A DNA stretch of 64,000 nucleotides, from NCBI GenBank assembly GCA_964016885.1, contig OZ024741.1, positions 412,672,001 through 412,736,000 of the forward strand, read 5' to 3'. Positions 1 to 12,062 of this stretch are shown in pieces. The notes under the pieces were generated by a model that worked only from the letters and a program-made list of their open reading frames with translations, had not been told where the DNA came from and did not search any database. Every line of letters begins with the position of its first letter. Within the stretch, counting starts at the first letter, position 1. This stretch comes from Eledone cirrhosa. Its lineage: Eukaryota. Position numbers and translations under genes: made by a program.

Positions 1-291
1 TATATATGTATCTGTATGATTCTTCAGTTGAATAGGAGGTTAATTATATGTACAAACATTGATAATGCTCCGAGGACTCCAAGCTTAAGTTTGGAAGAAA
101 CAATTGTCAACGATTAAATGTTTTAAACATAACTTTGATACTTGTGTATTCTATATTACTGCTCTGTAAAACAACTGATGTTCTTACATTGAGCTATTTC
201 TCTTACTGGTAATAAGGTAGTAATAAATTACTGACCTTCCCTGTTTATAGTTATTTATAGTATAGTATATACATAACTATAGATAGTATCT

Positions 292-332
<41 letters not shown>

Positions 333-398
333 AAAAAAAGGAAAAGAATGACTTCACTTGTAGTGTTAAAAAATTTATGATTTAATGTTATAATATAA

Positions 399-540
399 TT
401 GCTTCTATTTTTGGCACAAGACCAGCAATTACCCAGTACATTACTGGTACTTTATTTTATCGACCCCGTAAGGATGAAAGGCAAAGTTAACCTCAGTGGG
501 ATTTGAACTCAGATCATAAAGGGACGTAAATCTATGCTTA
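399..540 (-). mobile_element. tRNA-derived SINE (family A), 5'-truncated
   Basis: The reverse strand reads B-box-like GAGTTCAAATCCC, then GCCTTTCATCCTTACGGGGTCGATAAAATAAAGTACCAG and an (ATT) tail. The same sequence recurs at 5876-6065, 12063-12225, 15367-15552 and 22470-22654. Confidence 0.8.
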
Positions 541-1091
541 TAATATAATAAAACATTAAATCATATCCTTTCCTATCTCTTCTTCTTATAAATTCCTTAA
601 TTCCTTAATTCTAGCGTATTTTCAAAACAAAACAAAATCCTTTTCCTTCTTTCGAAAACTCTAAACTCCCGCTTCTACTAGCCCCCCCCCCCCCCACCCT
701 CTACTTCACGAGGGTATGGCGATCAACCACCCCAATACCTACATCATGTCTCTCTCCCCCCCCTCTCTCTCTCTCTTAGCTATATATATATACATATAAG
801 ATAGTAATCACTTTCGCCAAATTTCATTGCTGTTCCCTCCACGGTATATCATGTAACGTAATGTACATATTTTTCTATCATCTCCACCTCCACACTTCTA
901 TTTCGTATCCAGTCCAAACATCCAATCTATTGCTAAAACAAATCTGCATTTTTTGTTATCATTAATTGTTAGATACAAGAGTTTTTGTCGTATTGAACAG
1001 AACAAATCTTGTATTTTTGTTAATCGCTTGTTAAATACAAGGACCTCATTCAATCATTACCTTCTAGCTAGCTACCCAACACCCCTCCCTC

Positions 1092-4000
1092 GTGCCCCCA
1101 CGCACCACCATTGTTATTACGTGGACCAATCATAAGCCAGAGCCCCCACGCATCACCATTATTATTATTACGCGGACCAATCATAAGCCAGAGGCCTATA
1201 CTATCGCTTGCCTGGTTGCCTTTCGATATATGATGGATGGATGGACTACGGAATCCTGGAGAGTGGAGGAGAGAGAAAAATCTGGACGCTCAGCGACAAA
1301 GCCAAAGATAAAGACAAATTCACCTCGTGGACGAGAATGCGAGCACTCCTCTTTGTTTCGACCGCGGACGGCTAACATAACCCCATCGCCCCCCGCCCCC
1401 CACCGCCCCACCCCCCCAAACGCAATCCAAAACTTCAGAGTTGGTACCATAAATGTAGGCACCTTAAAGGGTCGCGCTAACGAGGTTGTAGAAATGCTTG
1501 AACGTAAGGAGGTCGATGTTTGTTGTATTCAAGAGACCAGGTGGAGGGGTGGGTCTGCTAGATTCATTGAGGGTAAAAAACGATGTTATAAGCTTTTCTG
1601 GGCGGGAAACGACGATGGGCTGGGTGGAGTAGGAATCATGGTAGCAGAAAAGTGGGCAGATAAGATAATAGACGTAAATAGAGTGAACGACAGAATAATG
1701 AAAATAAGACTTGTCCTCAATAGAACTACAGTGACAGTAATATCTGCGTACGCACCCCAATCCGGACTGCCCGGCACTATAAAAGACAGATTCTATGAGA
1801 CACTGATGCTCACTACCTCCCAAATAACCGACAGTGACTATATAATTATTGCAGGCGACCTAAATGGTCACGTTGGACAACATTGTGACGGCTACGACGA
1901 AATCCATGGAGGCTATGGGTTTGGTACTAGAAATGAGGAAGGCTCCAGAATCCTGGAATTCTGTGACGCAAATAACCTAACTATCTGTAACACTAACTTC
2001 AAAAAACGTGACAATCACCTGATCACCTATAGATCCGGGGAACACACAAGCCAGGTAGATTATATCCTTACCAGAAGACGTGACAGAGTGTCTGTTGTAA
2101 ACACTAAATCCCTCCCCCATGAAGAATGCACCTCCCAACATAGACTGATAATTAGCGACCTCATAGTCAGGACGAGACGTACTCGACAGCAGAAGAGGAC
2201 TATCCTCAGGAGAAAAATATGGAAGCTAAAGGACCCCACAGCCAGAAATAAATTTCAAAGCATATTACTTGATGCTTTCGACAGTAAGGAAGAGCATTTA
2301 GAGTCGGACAATATAGAGGGACAGTGGGAATTTCTGAAAGCAAACCTGCTGATGGCGACAAACGAAGTCTGTGACTGGAGCAGGCCTGTAGGCAGGAGGA
2401 GAGTAACATGGTGGTGGAAGAGTAGGGTGGAGGGGTCAATTAAGGCCAAAAAGCAGGCTTGGAAAGTATGGCGGGATGGGGGAAGTAGAGAAGACTATCA
2501 AGTGGCCAGGAGGGAGGCTAGGAGACAAGTGTACTTCGCAAGAAGGGAAGCAGAGGAAAGAAAGTTCAAGCATGTTCTACAACGCGAGGACCAAAAACGT
2601 GAGGTGTTCAGGATTGCTAGGCAATGTGTCAAGGAAAACCGTGATATTGTCGGGGAGAAGTGTGTACTTAATGATGACGGCGTACTTGCCATCACCGACG
2701 CTGATAAGAAGGTAGCTTGGAAGTGTCACTATGAAAGGCTACTAAATGAGGAGAATAAATGGGAGAAAGACAGTCTCCCCCACATCGACCCAATAGAGGG
2801 ACCAGCAGTGTTAGTCGAGGGTAGTATAATAAGTAAGGCAATCAAGGATATGAAGACGGGTAAGGCGGCTGGGCCTTCGGAAATAGTTGCTGAGATGCTG
2901 AAGGCATCTGGCTCGGTGGGACACACCTTGGTCACCCGGATAGTTAACCAAGTCATACAGAATGGGGTTGTTCCGAAGGACTGGCATAGCAGCATCATCG
3001 TTAACTGTTATAAGGGTAAAGGAGATGCCCTAGATAGGAGTAACTATAGAGGCATTAAATTAATCGACCAGGTCATGAAGTTCACGGAAAAAGTAATAGC
3101 GCAACTAATCAGAGAGAGAATTGACCTAGATGAAATGCAGTTCGGGTTTGTGTCAGGCAAAAGTACCACAGACGCTCTTTTCATTGTACGTCAACTACAG
3201 GAGAAGTACCTAGCTAAAGGTAAACCCCTCTACTTAGCTTTTGTCGACTTGGAGAAAGCTTTCGACAGAGTCCCCCGTTCCATTATCTGGTGGGCCCTTA
3301 GAAAACTAGGTGTCGACGAATGGCTTGTGAGAGCTATACAAGCCATGTATAAAGAAACAGTCAGCAAGGTTAGAATTAACAACGAATATAGTGAAGAGTT
3401 TAGCGTAAAAGTTGGCGTCCATCAGGGCTCTGTTCTCAGCCCCCTACTATTTATTATTGCCCTTCAGGCTATAACAGAGGAGTTCAAGACCGGCTGCCCA
3501 TGGGAACTCCTATACGCAGACGACCTGACACTCATAGCTGAATCAATGGCCGAGCTAGAGAAGAAATTCCAAACATGGAAGCACGGCCTAGAATCAAAAG
3601 GCCTTAAAATTAACCTGGCTAAGACTAAAGTTCTAGTTTGTAGGAAAGAAAATAAGGCGGCGGTCCCTTCCGGGAAATGGCCATGCTCAGTGTGTAGGAA
3701 AGGCGTAGGTAGAAACTCCATTTTATGTCCCAAATGCAAAGTATGGGTGCATAAAAGATGTAGTGGGATCACAGGTAAGCTAACTAAGAACTTAGATTTT
3801 ACATGTGGGCGGTGCTCTGGTGCACTAAGTAGCAGCGAGTGCCCACAAAATACTAACTCTTTCAATTGCGCAGAGGGCTCTATAGAAATAGTGGACAGCT
3901 TCCGTTACCTGGGTGACAAAATCAGCAGTGGGGGAGGGTGCTCCGAAAGTACAGTAGCTAGAGTCAGAACTGGATGGAAAAAGTTCAGAGAGCTTATACC

Positions 4001-4469
4001 ACTATTAGCCGCTAAAGGGTTCTCCCTAAAAATGAAAGGCAGGTTGTATGATGCCTGCATACGAACAGCAATGTTACATGGCAGTGAGACCTGGGCATTG
4101 TGCGCAGAGGATATACGCAGACTAGAGAGGAACGAAGCTTGCATGCTCCGCTGGATGTGTAATAGTAATATACGTGAACGGCAAAGCATAAACGAACTAA
4201 GGAAAAAATTAGAAATAAGAGGGATCAGTTGTTGTTTACTCGAGAGTAGGCTACGTTGGTACGGACACGTGATGCGCATGAAAGTCGATAGCTGTATAAC
4301 AAAGTGCAGGGCAATAAAGATAGACGGTAGCCACGGAATAGGCAGACCTAGAAAATCCTGGGACGAGCTGATAAACTCCGACCTCACACAATTACACCTC
4401 TCCAAGACAATGTCACTGGACCGAGACCTTTGGCGGTACTCAGTAATAGAGAAAACCCGCCTTACCTAA
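1092..4469 (+). CDS. RTE LINE polyprotein: APE endonuclease, reverse transcriptase and PHD-type zinc finger (first in-frame ATG at 1230)
   Basis: APE motifs: GTINVGT, CCIQETRW, SAYAPQ, IAGDLNGH, SQVDYIL, SQHRL. RT motifs: GKAAGP, NYRGIKL, FVDLEKAFD, VGVHQGSVLSP, LYADD, FRYLG. A C4HC3 finger runs CSVC...CPKC..WVHKRC...CGRC. The RTE-type C-terminus is RLRWYGHVMR...GRPRKSW. There are no stops over 1125 codons. Confidence 0.95.
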   Translation: MPPRTTIVITWTNHKPEPPRITIIIITRTNHKPEAYTIACLVAFRYMMDGWTTESWRVEEREKSGRSATKPKIKTNSPRGRECEHSSLFRPRTANITPSPPAPHRPTPPNAIQNFRVGTINVGTLKGRANEVVEMLERKEVDVCCIQETRWRGGSARFIEGKKRCYKLFWAGNDDGLGGVGIMVAEKWADKIIDVNRVNDRIMKIRLVLNRTTVTVISAYAPQSGLPGTIKDRFYETLMLTTSQITDSDYIIIAGDLNGHVGQHCDGYDEIHGGYGFGTRNEEGSRILEFCDANNLTICNTNFKKRDNHLITYRSGEHTSQVDYILTRRRDRVSVVNTKSLPHEECTSQHRLIISDLIVRTRRTRQQKRTILRRKIWKLKDPTARNKFQSILLDAFDSKEEHLESDNIEGQWEFLKANLLMATNEVCDWSRPVGRRRVTWWWKSRVEGSIKAKKQAWKVWRDGGSREDYQVARREARRQVYFARREAEERKFKHVLQREDQKREVFRIARQCVKENRDIVGEKCVLNDDGVLAITDADKKVAWKCHYERLLNEENKWEKDSLPHIDPIEGPAVLVEGSIISKAIKDMKTGKAAGPSEIVAEMLKASGSVGHTLVTRIVNQVIQNGVVPKDWHSSIIVNCYKGKGDALDRSNYRGIKLIDQVMKFTEKVIAQLIRERIDLDEMQFGFVSGKSTTDALFIVRQLQEKYLAKGKPLYLAFVDLEKAFDRVPRSIIWWALRKLGVDEWLVRAIQAMYKETVSKVRINNEYSEEFSVKVGVHQGSVLSPLLFIIALQAITEEFKTGCPWELLYADDLTLIAESMAELEKKFQTWKHGLESKGLKINLAKTKVLVCRKENKAAVPSGKWPCSVCRKGVGRNSILCPKCKVWVHKRCSGITGKLTKNLDFTCGRCSGALSSSECPQNTNSFNCAEGSIEIVDSFRYLGDKISSGGGCSESTVARVRTGWKKFRELIPLLAAKGFSLKMKGRLYDACIRTAMLHGSETWALCAEDIRRLERNEACMLRWMCNSNIRERQSINELRKKLEIRGISCCLLESRLRWYGHVMRMKVDSCITKCRAIKIDGSHGIGRPRKSWDELINSDLTQLHLSKTMSLDRDLWRYSVIEKTRLT
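1094..1192 (+). repeat. Two tandem ~50-bp copies in the RTE 5' region
   Basis: GCCCCCACGCA(C/T)CACCATT...GGACCAATCATAAGCCAGAG occurs twice in succession. Confidence 0.85.
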
Positions 4470-4857
4470 ATACATAGTAAAACCTACTACAGCCAGTAGG
4501 CATCCCTAACAAAATACACCCCCGTCCCACCACCCACACCCATCCACACCACCCCCTCCTATGTAAAGTTATGTTGGTGCCACAACAAACAGGCCGAAAC
4601 AAATGAGATCGTGTATGTGTCACGACAAAAAAACACACAGTCCACGCTGTAATGTGTCCGTGTAGGCAACACGGTAAAAACCTCCCAGTCCCACACTGTA
4701 AATGTGGTTGGTGTTAGGAAGGGCATCCAACTGTAGAAAACCTGCCAGACAGTCCTATGCGAGCAAGACAATCACTCTTGCCTCAAGTGGGAATACCCCC
4801 GTCCAAACCCATGCAAGCGTGGAACGCGGACGTTAAACGTTGATGATGATGATGATG

Positions 4858-4888
<31 letters not shown>

Positions 4889-5357
4889 TCATCATTATCA
4901 TTTTACGTCCGCTTTTCCCAGCTTGCAAGGATTGGAAATATATATATATATATATATATACCCATATGTATAACATTGAACTATGAAACCAAACCAATTT
5001 CTCTATTTTTTGTTTACTTTGGAAGATGAGAACAATTACCCAGAATGCAATGCAATCTAATTACTGAACTGAGGGGGAAATGGCCTAACAAAAGACAAAA
5101 GATGTAGATAAGGGTGTGATGGGGGAACTAAGGCGAGGGTTTTATTATGGTAGACATATCAAATAGACAGACACAGTGAGATTGTAAAAGACTTTGGTAA
5201 TAGTCTCGACACACCAGTTTACCATTCTTATAGTTCCACACCTGTCTTGTCGTTGTTGTTGCCTTTTATTCCCAAATAAACCATCTTCCAAGCAAACATC
5301 CTTAATTCATATGTGTTTATATGTGTATATGTATGTGTGTGTGTGTTCACACATATG

Positions 5358-5389
<32 letters not shown>

Positions 5390-5426
5390 CATATGTATGT
5401 GTGCGTGCGCGCACACACACTCACAC

Positions 5427-5457
<31 letters not shown>

Positions 5458-5655
5458 CATGTATACATACATAATACAGGTACCTACTGAAGCACACACA
5501 TATACACACATACACATACATATCCTTCACATGACCCCACCCCAGGAACAACACAACCACACTGCCTACCATTTCTCTAATGTAACACAATAATTACTAT
5601 TTGAAAATCTACCAATTTCGGGAGTTGTAGGAGCTGGTGGGGAGGGATTAGCATC

Positions 5656-5656
<1 letters not shown>

Positions 5657-5716
<60 letters not shown>

Positions 5717-5768
5717 CAGTATTAGTATTAGTAGTAGCAGTAGCAGTATTAGTAGTAGCAGTAGTAAT
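5657..5768. repeat. (TAG)n microsatellite
   Basis: Directly visible. Confidence 0.95.
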
Positions 5769-5769
5769 A

Positions 5770-5875
5770 ATTGTTTCTACTTAAGGCACAAGAAGAGCAA
5801 TGTTGAGGAGAGGGGCAAGTCGATTAAATCTACCCCCCAGTGCATTACTGATACTTTATTTTATAAACCCCGTAA
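5770..5875 (-). mobile_element. SINE family A, 3' half, inverted relative to the adjacent copy
   Basis: Diverged reverse complement of about 5965-6065. Confidence 0.75.
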
Positions 5876-6065
5876 GGTAGAGCATCAGACACTATGCTTC
5901 ACGGCATAGAGTTATGAGCCTTTACATACTGATTTCAAATCCTGCTGAGGTTAGCTTTGCCTTTCATCCTTACGGGGTCGATAAAATAAAGTACCAGTAA
6001 TACACTGGGGTCGATTTAATCGACTTTCCCCTCCTCCCCAATTACCTGTCTTGTGCCTATACTAG
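5876..6065 (+). mobile_element. tRNA-derived SINE family A (central domain resembles Nin/Deu-type; assignment tentative)
   Basis: Degenerate B-box TTCAAATCC, central GCCTTTCATCCTTACGGGGTCGATAAAATAAAGTACCAG, and a 3' end CTTGTGCCTATACTAGAAA followed by (ATT)n. Confidence 0.8.
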
Positions 6066-6100
6066 AAATCATCATTATTATTATTATTATTATTATTATT

Positions 6101-6503
6101 CCTTGGGGAGACTCTGGGCATCGACGAAAATAAACGAGCCAATCTGTTCGGAAGAACTTTCGGGCCGGGGCCCATGAACAACTTCCAGAAACCCCTGGCG
6201 TAGCAGGAGCTTTGCCAGTTTGGGATAAACTCTACAGGCATGGAAGTGCTGTCAGCAGGGCCTGTCCAAGATGTGCGCAGGGCGACGAAACCGTCCTGCA
6301 CGCACTCGTCCAGTGTCTGAGCATTGCTGACTTGTGTGCTTATGTCGAACACCTCGCATGTAGGACAGATCCTGCTATCAGCTGAGTTCATCGTGGGGAT
6401 TGCCCCGTTGTCTTCCTTTAGCTGGGAAGGGCAGGCAGTTTTTATCTGTCTGGTGGCCATGGCGAAAGAGATCATGTAGTTAATGAAGAAAACATTATTA
6501 TTT
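6101..6503 (+). mobile_element. Short, internally deleted 3' fragment of an L1/Tx1-like LINE
   Basis: Homologous to about 8779-9045 (GGGGAGAC.CTGGGC.TCGA, AACTTCCAGAAA.CCCTGGC, GGGCAGGCAGTTTT.ATCTG.CTGGTGGCCATGGCGAAAGAGAT). It ends in a tail-like AATGAAGAAAACATTATTATT. Confidence 0.8.
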
Positions 6504-9500
6504 TCGGAGAGGCTTGGATCTCGCCATACGGGCCATCTTCCTGGACCCAGAAGGTAAGTCGGTGGTATTGGACGTGACCGGCAGCGAAGGCAATGCTTTC
6601 AGCCGTTTATGTCCCAACTGGGGTAGGACGGCCAGATTTCTTCAGAGGTCTAGAGACCTTTCTTCTAACGTCCCGCTCTTTAGTGTTAGTGGGCGACTGG
6701 AACGGTATCTTAGATGCACGCTGGGATTATATGGGGCTAGTAGACAGGACAAGAGGGTGTAAAAGCCTCAACAACCTGCTCAGACGTTTTGAACTGTCTG
6801 ACAGGATTATCCGAATGTGCCAATGTGGACATGGGCAAACCACATCGGGTCATCCAGATCGTATTTAGATAGGGTATTCTGTAGGGAAGCAGATAAGGCT
6901 AGTGCAGGTTGTCCACAATTTAAAGTAGTCGACTACACGGACCACAAATTTGTGATCTGTGAAGTTGACTCAGATAGACACCATAGGCAAGGGCCCGGCT
7001 ACTGGAAGCTGAATGCGTCGTTCCCGGTGCGCAAAGCTTACAGAGACCGGATTAGCGAATTAGTTAAGCGTGCGTTGACGGGTGCGATCGTCAACAACAG
7101 GTGGTGGTTTACCCTGAAAGAGGCTATTAGAGTAGAATCAATAAGGTTTAGCAAAGGAGTAGTTATAGAGGAAAATAGAGTAGAGGGAGAGTTAATTAGA
7201 AAGCTAGAAGAGGCGTTTAGGACAGGCATCACAACCGACGTGCTTGCGGCGAGATTGGCACTCGACCAATTCTTCAACGCAAAGTATGAAGACTGCATTG
7301 TCACAGCTAGAGCACATGCTGTAAGACACGAGGGGACGAAAGCCATTCAATGGGCCTGGGTGTTGGAGGCGCGACGTGGCAACAAGTCCACAATTCGGTC
7401 TTTGCCTGATCAAAGCAGGCGCATGTTGCTCGAACCCGAGCAGATGTGTGTGCGTTTTCAACAGTACTTTGCTCGATTGTTCGGGAGCGGCAGGCCGGAT
7501 CGGAGTATGGACTTCGGTGCATACCTGGACGGCATGCCGTGGCTCTCGACGACCACAGCGCCGTGCTGCGAAAGGCCGATAACAGCCAATGAAATACGGG
7601 AAGCGACGTCTGACTGCACAAGGGGTAAATCGCCAGGTTTGGATGATCTACCCTATGAGCTTTATGCGTATATGCCAGACTTGTTTGGCGACCTCTTGGC
7701 AGATGTCTACTGCAACTGGCAGCAAAACGAGAGCATTCCCAGTTTTGTGAGCTGGGGAGCGGTGGCACTGCTGAGAAAAGACCCGAACAAGGGGGACGTT
7801 ATAGAGAACTTCAGGCCCATAACTCTGCTAAACGCAGAGTTTAAGATTTTTGGCCAAGGTGTTAGCTAAGAGATTGGCGCTTGTTGTCGGTGATCTGGTG
7901 AGAGAGGCGCAGACATATGCCACTTTGGACAGATCTCGTCCCTCTTGTACGTACTGGCCCTAAAGCCGTTACTTTACAAATTGGAGATGATGAGGGGGAT
8001 CCCACGCGAACTGGGATGCAGGAGATCCATGTCAGCTTGCGTCGACGACGTCACCGTGGTGGTGTCGAGCACCAAACACATCCAGATGTTCAACATCGCT
8101 CTCAAGGAATACAAAGTGGTGACAGGAGCAAAGATAAACCAGGAAAAGTCGGTGGACTTGCAATTCGGCACCTGGAGAGGCAAGTCCATGCCATCCATGA
8201 TGGGGTCTGGTTCGGTCCGGACCTCTAGATGGAGAAAAGCTGGAGCAAGGTGACGAGCAGGGTGGCCTCTCTCACCCAGAAATGGGCCGAGAGGAGGCTG
8301 TCTCTGAAAGGTCAGGCAGAGGTGGCGAATGCGTACATAGCGTCCGTCATCTGCTACCACCTGACCGACGTACCTTGCCCCCGCCCAACTCTGATCAAAA
8401 TGGAGCGCCTTCTCTTCTGCTTTTTGTGGAAGGGACGTGCCCCCATGGTCAGACGATCCATTTGCTGTCAACACTCGTTGCGTGGAGGACTAGGCATGCC
8501 GTGGCTGATGTTGTTCAAACATGCACTGAGGCTGCGACATCGCAGGTGCTTCCTTGACAGTGAACAGGTGTGGTCGCCGTTTGCCAGACGTGCTTTTCCC
8601 CAGCTCGTCTCCTTGACGGAGCTGTAGTCTTGGATCAGGAAAAGACTGAGGGATACCGCTTGGAAGCTGGAATGTCTCCAAGCACTCACCGCCCTCTACC
8701 AGCTGGGCACTAGTATCGGTGGAACATCCACTTCGGCGTTCTATAGAGGGCTAGTGGAGGGAAAGAGCGACGACATTCTCGGGGAGACCCTGGGCGTCGA
8801 AGACGATCATCTGTTCGCTCTCTTCCAGAAAACTTTCTGACCGGGGCCTATGGACAACTTCCAGAAATCCCTGGCCTGGCAGTGCTACCGGGGAGCGTTG
8901 CCGGTTCGGTATAAGCTCTACAGGCATGGAGGTGCTGTCAGCCGAGCCTGTCCGCGCTGCACGCACTCGTTCAGTGCCCGAAGACTTAAAGAGGAGGAAG
9001 GGCAGGCAGTTTTCATCTGCCTGGTGGCCATGGCGAAAGAGATTGTGTGGTGGACAAGGTTGAAAGGGTTGAAGACGGACACTTTCCAATTCAGCCAATC
9101 CCTGATTAACTTTTTCAAGTTTCACTTGAAGAGGAAAATCAAGGTGGAGAGGCAAGTGCTGTCTTCTAGTAAGTTTGTTGAAAGGTGGGTGAAAGTGGCG
9201 AGTCTGATCCGAGTGAACGGGCCTGCTCTCAGTATGCGCCTGTAGACTGAGGAGTGGGGAAACTGAAAGAAGGCGCTTGCCCTGGTGGTCAGGGTGGCCG
9301 TGGTCTTTTGTGTGGTTTTCGCCACGAGTGACCCTCGGAAGTTTCCTCCCTATTGGGGAATTTTTGTTGTTTGAATTTTTTTGATATTTCTATCTTATTA
9401 TAACCTTTTTTATACGGCCAAAACCCACTTTGTATCGTCCTGTACCGTTCTGTGCCGTCTGTAATGTTTTTCTTGATGTTAGCCCTTGTGGCCAATAAAG

Positions 9501-9506
9501 AAACCA
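6504..9506 (+). mobile_element. Degenerate, 5'-truncated L1/Tx1-clade LINE (ORF2 remnant plus 3' UTR)
   Basis: Frameshifted segments carry APE motifs (LVGDWNGIL, SYLDRVF, TDHKFV), GYWKLN, RT motifs (GKSPGLD, NFRPITLLNAEFKI, ACVDDVTV), GGLGMP and CPRC. The 3' end is GCCAATAAAGAAACC followed by (ATT)n. Confidence 0.9.
6817..7869 (+). pseudogene. Largest open segment of the Tx1-like ORF2 (EN C-terminus to RT N-terminus)
   Basis: 350-aa ORF with L1-type motifs, bounded by frameshifts. The continuation lies in ORFs 7945-8253, 8229-8627 and 8850-9245. Confidence 0.85.
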
Positions 9507-9739
9507 TTATTATTATTATTCTTGTTGTTATTATTATCATTATTATTATTATAATTATTAGATAGGAACATCTGTAATGAAATAGTTGAGATTAATTTCC
9601 AATCATTGTAGCTAACTCTGTTATGTCGATGTCAAACAACCATTGTTATTGTAAGACGAAGCACAAATACATTATTTTCTCTCAGAGGTCTAACGTTTCT
9701 GTTACAGCAGAGACAGATTTCCTGCAATTTACGGCCTCA

Positions 9740-10413
<674 letters not shown>

Positions 10414-11312
10414 AAATTCAGCGAGAATCGCATTTCAGCAGGTAGAAAAAGCGAAACGAAACGCAAAATCAGAGTTATGCTGGCAAGCGCTCCATAGTTA
10501 AAAAACCAGAACTAAACATATATGTGTTAAAACGCCATACAAAACTGAAAAAATGGTCAAGAAGGCATTAACCACCTAAGCCAAAAAACAAGTCAAGCTA
10601 AACAGGTCAAACAAAATAAATGATAAAATCATATATATATACACAGATACACATATATAACCGACCTGGACCCATTGGAATTGGTGGTAAAATCCTATAT
10701 GCAGGGTTTCTATGACACCTAAATCAATAATACTGTCTGCTTAAAACTATAAGCTTTTGCTATAATGATCGAACAAGGAATATCATGTTATCAACAGGTA
10801 TTTTGCTCTGCGCCAACTTTGTGGATGACGCAGGGCTTTGTAAAAGCACATGCGTAACTTACAAGGGGAAAAACCCCAGATTTTGGCAAATTAATTCAGT
10901 ATGTGTAAATCATGCAAAAAATTGCATAAATAGCACAAATCGAATAAGTACTCAACCGGGTAGTTTTAAAATAAACTTATGCAATTAATCTGTCAATAGA
11001 ATTATTAACAGGTTAATTGTAAGACTCGGGAGATTAATACAAATATAAATTCAGCGAGAATCGCATTTCAGCAGGTAGAAAAAGCGAAACGAAACGCAAA
11101 ATCAGAGTTATGCTGGCAAGCGCTCTATAGTTAAAAAACCAGAACTAAACATATATGTGTTAAAACGCCATACAAAACTGAAAAAATGGTCAAGAAGGCA
11201 TTAACCACCTAAGCCAAAAAATAAGTCAAGCTAAACAGGTCAAACAAAATAAATGATAAAATCATATATATATACATATATATATATATATACACACATA
11301 TATAACCGACCT
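10414..11312. repeat. Partial tandem duplication: ~255-bp direct repeats 633 bp apart, flanked by (TA)n
   Basis: 10414-10667 and 11047-11312 are near-identical (AAATTCAGCGAGAATCGC...AACCGACCT). They differ by about two substitutions, a 1-nt indel and the internal microsatellite. Confidence 0.9.
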
Positions 11313-11683
11313 TGTTATATATATATATAAAGGTTTACATACACACATATATATATATATGTGTGTGTTTTGCAACGGGTCACTTTGTGGCTCAATGAAG
11401 AGTTAATAAATTAAATAATCAGAGCCATATATCATAAAACATGTCTATAGAATCACCAGATAAAATATATACCGTTTCCTTTCCCAATTAGCATAATTAA
11501 CCATATAAAAAATCGATTAGACCAAGCTATAAGAATAAAGGCTTCTATGAAGAAATCATCTCCGACAAATAACCGAAAGCATCCCTTCGCGACGGTTGCG
11601 ACGGAATATTTATCGAGTATTTCGACAGCGTGTATAAATCGTCCAGATATACAGTCAACGGTATATATTTTATCTGGTGGTTT

Positions 11684-11719
<36 letters not shown>

Positions 11720-12062
11720 TATATATATATAATACGTATAGAGTTTTGTTTAAGTCGTTTTTAGTTAACCGACAGTAGTGTACGCAGATATAAGGACTTA
11801 ATGAAACATACCTTTAGGTTTGAGTACTCTGGACTATTTGTATAATAGTAAAGTTAAGCCAGTAGGTTAATATTTTCATCATTTTATTTGTTGTGTAAGC
11901 AGTTATACGTATTTCAATGGCAAATGTTGTGTAACATTTGCGATCTCATCAGACAGCTATTACGTGAACAGTTAATCACACCAGTTTAGTACAGTAATTA
12001 TCAACACCAAAAGCTGTGATTCCACCAGTTAATCACACCAGACTGGTACAATATCAACACCA

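Larger units (their letters stand above)
799..4857 (+). mobile_element. RTE-clade LINE, probably full length (5' boundary uncertain)
   Basis: It has a single long EN-RT ORF and a 3' UTR ending CCCATGCAAGCGTGGAACGCGGACGTTAAACG followed by a (GAT)n tail. A candidate low-complexity TSD ATATACATATA lies at 788-798 and 4858-4868. Confidence 0.85.

Noticed and set aside
1196-4405. Minus-strand ORFs over the RTE element, and similar ones over the other LINEs
   Set aside because: Antisense shadows of the LINE ORF with no independent motifs.
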